From Candidatus Iainarchaeum sp. (lineage in GTDB: Archaea; Iainarchaeota; Iainarchaeia; Iainarchaeales; Iainarchaeaceae): 20,893 bases of DNA. Under the pieces are notes generated by a model, which saw nothing but the letters and a program-made list of their open reading frames with translations, did not search any database and had not been told where the DNA came from. The position numbers and the translations under genes are program-made. The stretch spans positions 44,532 to 65,424 of the forward strand of contig JAWANB010000002.1 of assembly GCA_038895675.1 (NCBI GenBank). The letters run 5' to 3'. This document shows, in pieces, positions 17,487-20,893 of the stretch (position 1 is the stretch's first letter; the number at the start of each line of letters is the position of its first letter).

Positions 17487-17612
17487 TTTAGGGAGGAGAA
17501 AAAATGTTGAATAGGTTTAAAGGTCAAGGTGCTTTGGAGTACTTGTTGCTTATTGGTGGTGCTGTTGTTGTAGCAGCTGTTGTGATTGTGCTGTTGCTTG
17601 GGACTGGGAGTA
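17487..17612 (+). repeat. 126-bp direct repeat, copy 2
   Basis: Offset of 408 nt from copy 1. Confidence 0.95.
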
Positions 17613-17908
17613 GTGGTAACACACAAAGTGAAAGCGCTGCTATGGGTAAAACTTGTAGCATAATTGCAGCAAGTGTTGCGAAAACAGGTACGCCAAAGTG
17701 TGATGATCTTGAAGCTGGTACAGACCAATATTATTATATTTGGAATGCTAAGACTTCTTCTTGTTGGACTTGTGGCGGAACTTACCCTAACTGTACTGCT
17801 ACTAAAGTCAATAAGGTTCAAAGCACTTGTTGTGAGTCAGGCAGTTCTTGTCAAGATGGCCTAACGGTCTCAGGAAACGACCCTGTTTCGTATTATCTTC
17901 TAAAATAA
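17504..17908 (+). CDS. Type IV pilin, Cys-rich paralogue B (probable major pilin)
   Basis: First 36 aa identical to pilin A; 8 Cys including CWTCGGTYPNC. Confidence 0.9.
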   Translation: MLNRFKGQGALEYLLLIGGAVVVAAVVIVLLLGTGSSGNTQSESAAMGKTCSIIAASVAKTGTPKCDDLEAGTDQYYYIWNAKTSSCWTCGGTYPNCTATKVNKVQSTCCESGSSCQDGLTVSGNDPVSYYLLK

Positions 17909-17916
17909 TTCTTTCT

Positions 17917-19824
17917 TTACTTTTTTTCTTCTATTTCTTTTTTTATTTTTTTTATGAATTCTTCTAAGCTTTGGTTGTATTCTACTTTGCCTGTTTTGTC
18001 TCGGATTGCTATTGTTTTGTTTTGTTCTTCTTTTTCGCCTACGTTTATTATGTATGGTATTTTTTGTGCTTGGGCTTCTCTTACTTTGTAGTTTACTGTT
18101 TCTGGTCTTATGTCTAATTCTGTTCTTATGTTGTTTTGTTTTAGTTCTTCGTAGACTTTTTTTGCGTAATTAGCGTATTTTTCGCTTACTGAAATTACTT
18201 TTGTTTGTGTTGGTGCTAACCATAGTGGAAAGTGGCCTGCATAGTGTTCTATTAGTATTCCTATGAATCTTTCTATTGAGCCAAAGATTGCTCTGTGTAT
18301 CATTACTGGTCTTTCTTCTTTGTCCTCTTTGTTTATGTAGTATAACTCAAATTTTTCTGGCATTTGGAAGTCTAATTGTATTGTTCCTAATTGCCAGCTT
18401 CTGCCTAACGCGTCTTTGATGTGGAAGTCTATTTTTGGACCGTAAAATGCTCCGTCTCCTTCGTTTATTTTGTATTCTTTGTTTGCTTCTTTTAATGATT
18501 CTTTTAATGCGGTTTCTGCTTTTTCCCACATTTCTTTTGTGCCCATCGCTTTTTCTGGTTTTGTTGATAATTCTATTCTGTATTCAAAGTTGAATGTTTT
18601 GTAATAATAGTCTATCATTTCTATGAGGCTTTTTATTTCGTCTTTTATTTGGTCTTGTGTGCAGAATATGTGTGCATCGTCTTGTGTGAATTTTCTTACT
18701 CTAAGTAGGCCATTGAGGACTCCTGCTAGTTCGTGTCTGTGCACCATTCCGAATTCAGATATTCTTATTGGCAGGTCTTTGTATGAGTGTCTTTCTGTGC
18801 TGTATATTAGTGTGTGTCCTGGGCAGTTCATTGGTTTTATTGCGTATTCTTCGTTGTCTATTTTTGTAAAGTACATGTTTTGTTTGTAATGCTCCCAGTG
18901 TCCGCTTTTTAGCCATAGTTCTTTTTTTAGTATTATTGGTGTTATTACTTCTATGTAGTTTCTTTTTGTTTGTTCTTGTCTTGCAAAGTTTATTAGTTCG
19001 TTCCAAATTATTGTGCCATTGTTGTGAAAGAATGCTGTTCCTGGTGCTTGTTCGTGCATGGAAAATATTTTTAGTTCTTTTCCTAATTTTGTGTGGCTTC
19101 TTTTTTCTGCTTCTTCTTTGTTTTTAATGTATTCTTGTAGCATGCTTTCTTTTGGGAATGCTATGCCGTAAATTCTTTGTAAGGATTCTTTTGTTTGGTC
19201 TGCTCTCCAATAAGAGCTTGAGACTTTTAGTAGTTTTATTGCTTTGATTTTTTCTGTGTTAGATACGTGGCCTCCTTTGCATAAATCGTAGAATTTGCCT
19301 TGTTTGTATATTGTTATTCTTTTTCCTTGTTCTGAGAATTCTTTTATTAGTTCTTGTTTGAATTTGTTGTTTGAGAATTTTGTTAGTGCTTCTTCTATCG
19401 TTAGTTCTTGTCTTTCTATTTGTCTTTTTTCTTTTATTATTTCTTTCATTTTTTTTTCTATTTCTTCTAAGTCTTTTGGTGTAAAACTTTTTTCAATGTA
19501 AAAGTCGTAGTAGAAGCCTTCTTCTATTGGTGGCCCTATGGTTGGTTTTGCTTCTGGGTATAGTGTTGTTACTGCTTCTGCTAGTACGTGTGATGCTGTG
19601 TGCCATAAACTTTTTTTTCCTTCTTGGTCTTGCCATGTTAGTATTTTTATTTTTCCGTTTTCTTTTATTGGTTGTTCTAATTCTATTATTGTTTCGTTTA
19701 GTTTTGCTGCTAATGCTTCTTGTGCTAGTTTTTGGCTTATGCTTTCCGCTATTTTTTTTGGTGTTATTCCTTCTTCGTATTTTTTTGTTGTTCCGTCTGG
19801 GAATTCTATTGTTATTTGTTTCAT
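17917..19824 (-). CDS. thrS: Threonine--tRNA ligase, bacterial-type architecture
   Basis: TGS N-terminus (ITIEFPDG), WHTASH and DLCKGGH editing motifs, KPMNCPGH, FTQDDAH, MIHRAIFGSIERF, C-terminal anticodon-binding domain. Confidence 0.97.
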   Translation of the reverse strand: MKQITIEFPDGTTKKYEEGITPKKIAESISQKLAQEALAAKLNETIIELEQPIKENGKIKILTWQDQEGKKSLWHTASHVLAEAVTTLYPEAKPTIGPPIEEGFYYDFYIEKSFTPKDLEEIEKKMKEIIKEKRQIERQELTIEEALTKFSNNKFKQELIKEFSEQGKRITIYKQGKFYDLCKGGHVSNTEKIKAIKLLKVSSSYWRADQTKESLQRIYGIAFPKESMLQEYIKNKEEAEKRSHTKLGKELKIFSMHEQAPGTAFFHNNGTIIWNELINFARQEQTKRNYIEVITPIILKKELWLKSGHWEHYKQNMYFTKIDNEEYAIKPMNCPGHTLIYSTERHSYKDLPIRISEFGMVHRHELAGVLNGLLRVRKFTQDDAHIFCTQDQIKDEIKSLIEMIDYYYKTFNFEYRIELSTKPEKAMGTKEMWEKAETALKESLKEANKEYKINEGDGAFYGPKIDFHIKDALGRSWQLGTIQLDFQMPEKFELYYINKEDKEERPVMIHRAIFGSIERFIGILIEHYAGHFPLWLAPTQTKVISVSEKYANYAKKVYEELKQNNIRTELDIRPETVNYKVREAQAQKIPYIINVGEKEEQNKTIAIRDKTGKVEYNQSLEEFIKKIKKEIEEKK

Positions 19825-20051
19825 GCATAGCTATTACTCATGAGAAGCAATAAAAATTTTTGTTTGTTTTTTTTTGCTTTTAAATCTTTGTTGTATTTTT
19901 TTTGAGTTTGTTTGCTTTCTTTTTGATTTTTTTATTCAGAATTATTTTTTGTAGTTTTAGGCCTCATATTTTGTTTTTGTTAACTTGTTTTACTTGTGTT
20001 TTTTCGTATTTTGGTTGTTGTTTAAAATTTGTTATTCTAAATATTTTTCTT

Positions 20052-20893
20052 ATGGTTGTTCCTTCTCCTGAGGTTTGTGTCAAGTGTAAGGGTCGTTTTT
20101 GGTGTTCTGATAAGTGTTTTATTTTGGATAAATTTAATGTTAGGTTAATGGCTTTTACGAGGTTTTCTTCTGGTGCTGTTGAAGGTTTAGCTCCGCCTGG
20201 TGTTTTTGTTTCTTCTAAGTCTTACCCTAAGGTTAGTTTTTCTCCTTTGTTGCCTGTTTCTTCTGACTTTGATCCTTGGCTTAGTGATAATTCTGAGCTT
20301 TGGTTTGGTTTGCCTTTAGAAAATATTCTTTCTTTTAGGCAGTCTCTTTTGCGTGGTTCTTTTGTGGTTGATGCTAAGAGTGCTGTTGAGCCTTCTTATG
20401 ATGTTTTGTCTGTTCAGGAATCTTTGTTGTCTTCCAAGTCTGTTGGTGTTGAGGCTAAACTTGATTCTTTGCCTAAGCCAGAGTTGTCTTTTTCCGAGTT
20501 CTATGCTCCTATTGGTCCTGAATCAAGGCTTGAGAGTTTTAAAATTGTTGAAAACGTCAAGGCTAATCGTTTCATTGAGAGGGCTTTTTACGATTTTGAT
20601 TTGAAGGCTAATGTTGCTTTAAGTGAACTTTTTAGTAAAGGTGTTGGTGTTAGTCAATTAAGTAAAATTTTTAGTGCTGGTATGCTTGGTTTGAGAAAGA
20701 AGCGAGTTTTTGTGCCTACTCGTTGGTCTATTACTGCTGTTGATTCTTCTCTTTCTGATAATTTGATTAGTGAGAAAGTAAAGTTTTTTTCTTGCGTTGA
20801 TTCTTTTTTGTTGTTTTCTTCTAACTATTTGGGCAATTATTATTATGTTATTTTTGCTCCTTTTTCTTGGTCTTTTGAGCTTTTGGAAGTTTA
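20052..20893 (+). CDS. nreA: Nre family DNA repair protein (NreA), runs off the window end (not in ORF track)
   Basis: Manual translation MVVPSPEVCVKCKGRFWCSDKCFIL...APPGVFV..SYPKV...VPTRWSITAVD in one frame; TTTAAAA at 20021-20027 upstream. Confidence 0.88.
   Translation, partial: MVVPSPEVCVKCKGRFWCSDKCFILDKFNVRLMAFTRFSSGAVEGLAPPGVFVSSKSYPKVSFSPLLPVSSDFDPWLSDNSELWFGLPLENILSFRQSLLRGSFVVDAKSAVEPSYDVLSVQESLLSSKSVGVEAKLDSLPKPELSFSEFYAPIGPESRLESFKIVENVKANRFIERAFYDFDLKANVALSELFSKGVGVSQLSKIFSAGMLGLRKKRVFVPTRWSITAVDSSLSDNLISEKVKFFSCVDSFLLFSSNYLGNYYYVIFAPFSWSFELLEV

Noticed and set aside
17096..17908. Pilin A/B as a diversity-generating retroelement TR/VR pair (4 of 5 differences in the first block are at A in copy 1)
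   Set aside because: Those changes are synonymous and fit the T/G skew; the second block differs at all four bases; both copies are intact genes; no reverse transcriptase in the window
20353..20604. 83-aa track ORF
   Set aside because: Alternative frame inside nreA

Overview
Gene-dense, AT-rich archaeal chromosomal window. Archaeal origin is supported by pelota, ABCE1, Elp3, NreA, class III signal-peptide pilins and TATA boxes about 25 nt upstream of start codons; a DPANN-type lineage is only an inference. Housekeeping genes (elp3 3' end, lemA-htpX, a JAMM protease, gpmA, divergent pelA/ABCE1, asnB, a bacterial-type thrS, nreA 5' end) surround an ~11.4 kb type IV pilus region (6533-17908). 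That region holds an EppA-like prepilin peptidase, a CpaF/TadA ATPase, two TadC-like platform proteins and seven class III signal-peptide genes. Two of these are 50-58 aa micro-pilins absent from the ORF track, and three are paralogous Cys-rich pilins with a CWxCxGxYPxC motif and conserved/variable block structure. A membrane-anchored OB-fold gene coupled to a TctA-like permease lies inside the region, so the best 'system' hypothesis is a pilus-linked DNA-uptake module with a variable pilin repertoire. The + strand is extremely T-rich regardless of gene direction, and this skew locally reverses at about 16.0-16.85 kb. No rRNA, tRNA, CRISPR array, transposase, recombinase or reverse transcriptase was recognised.
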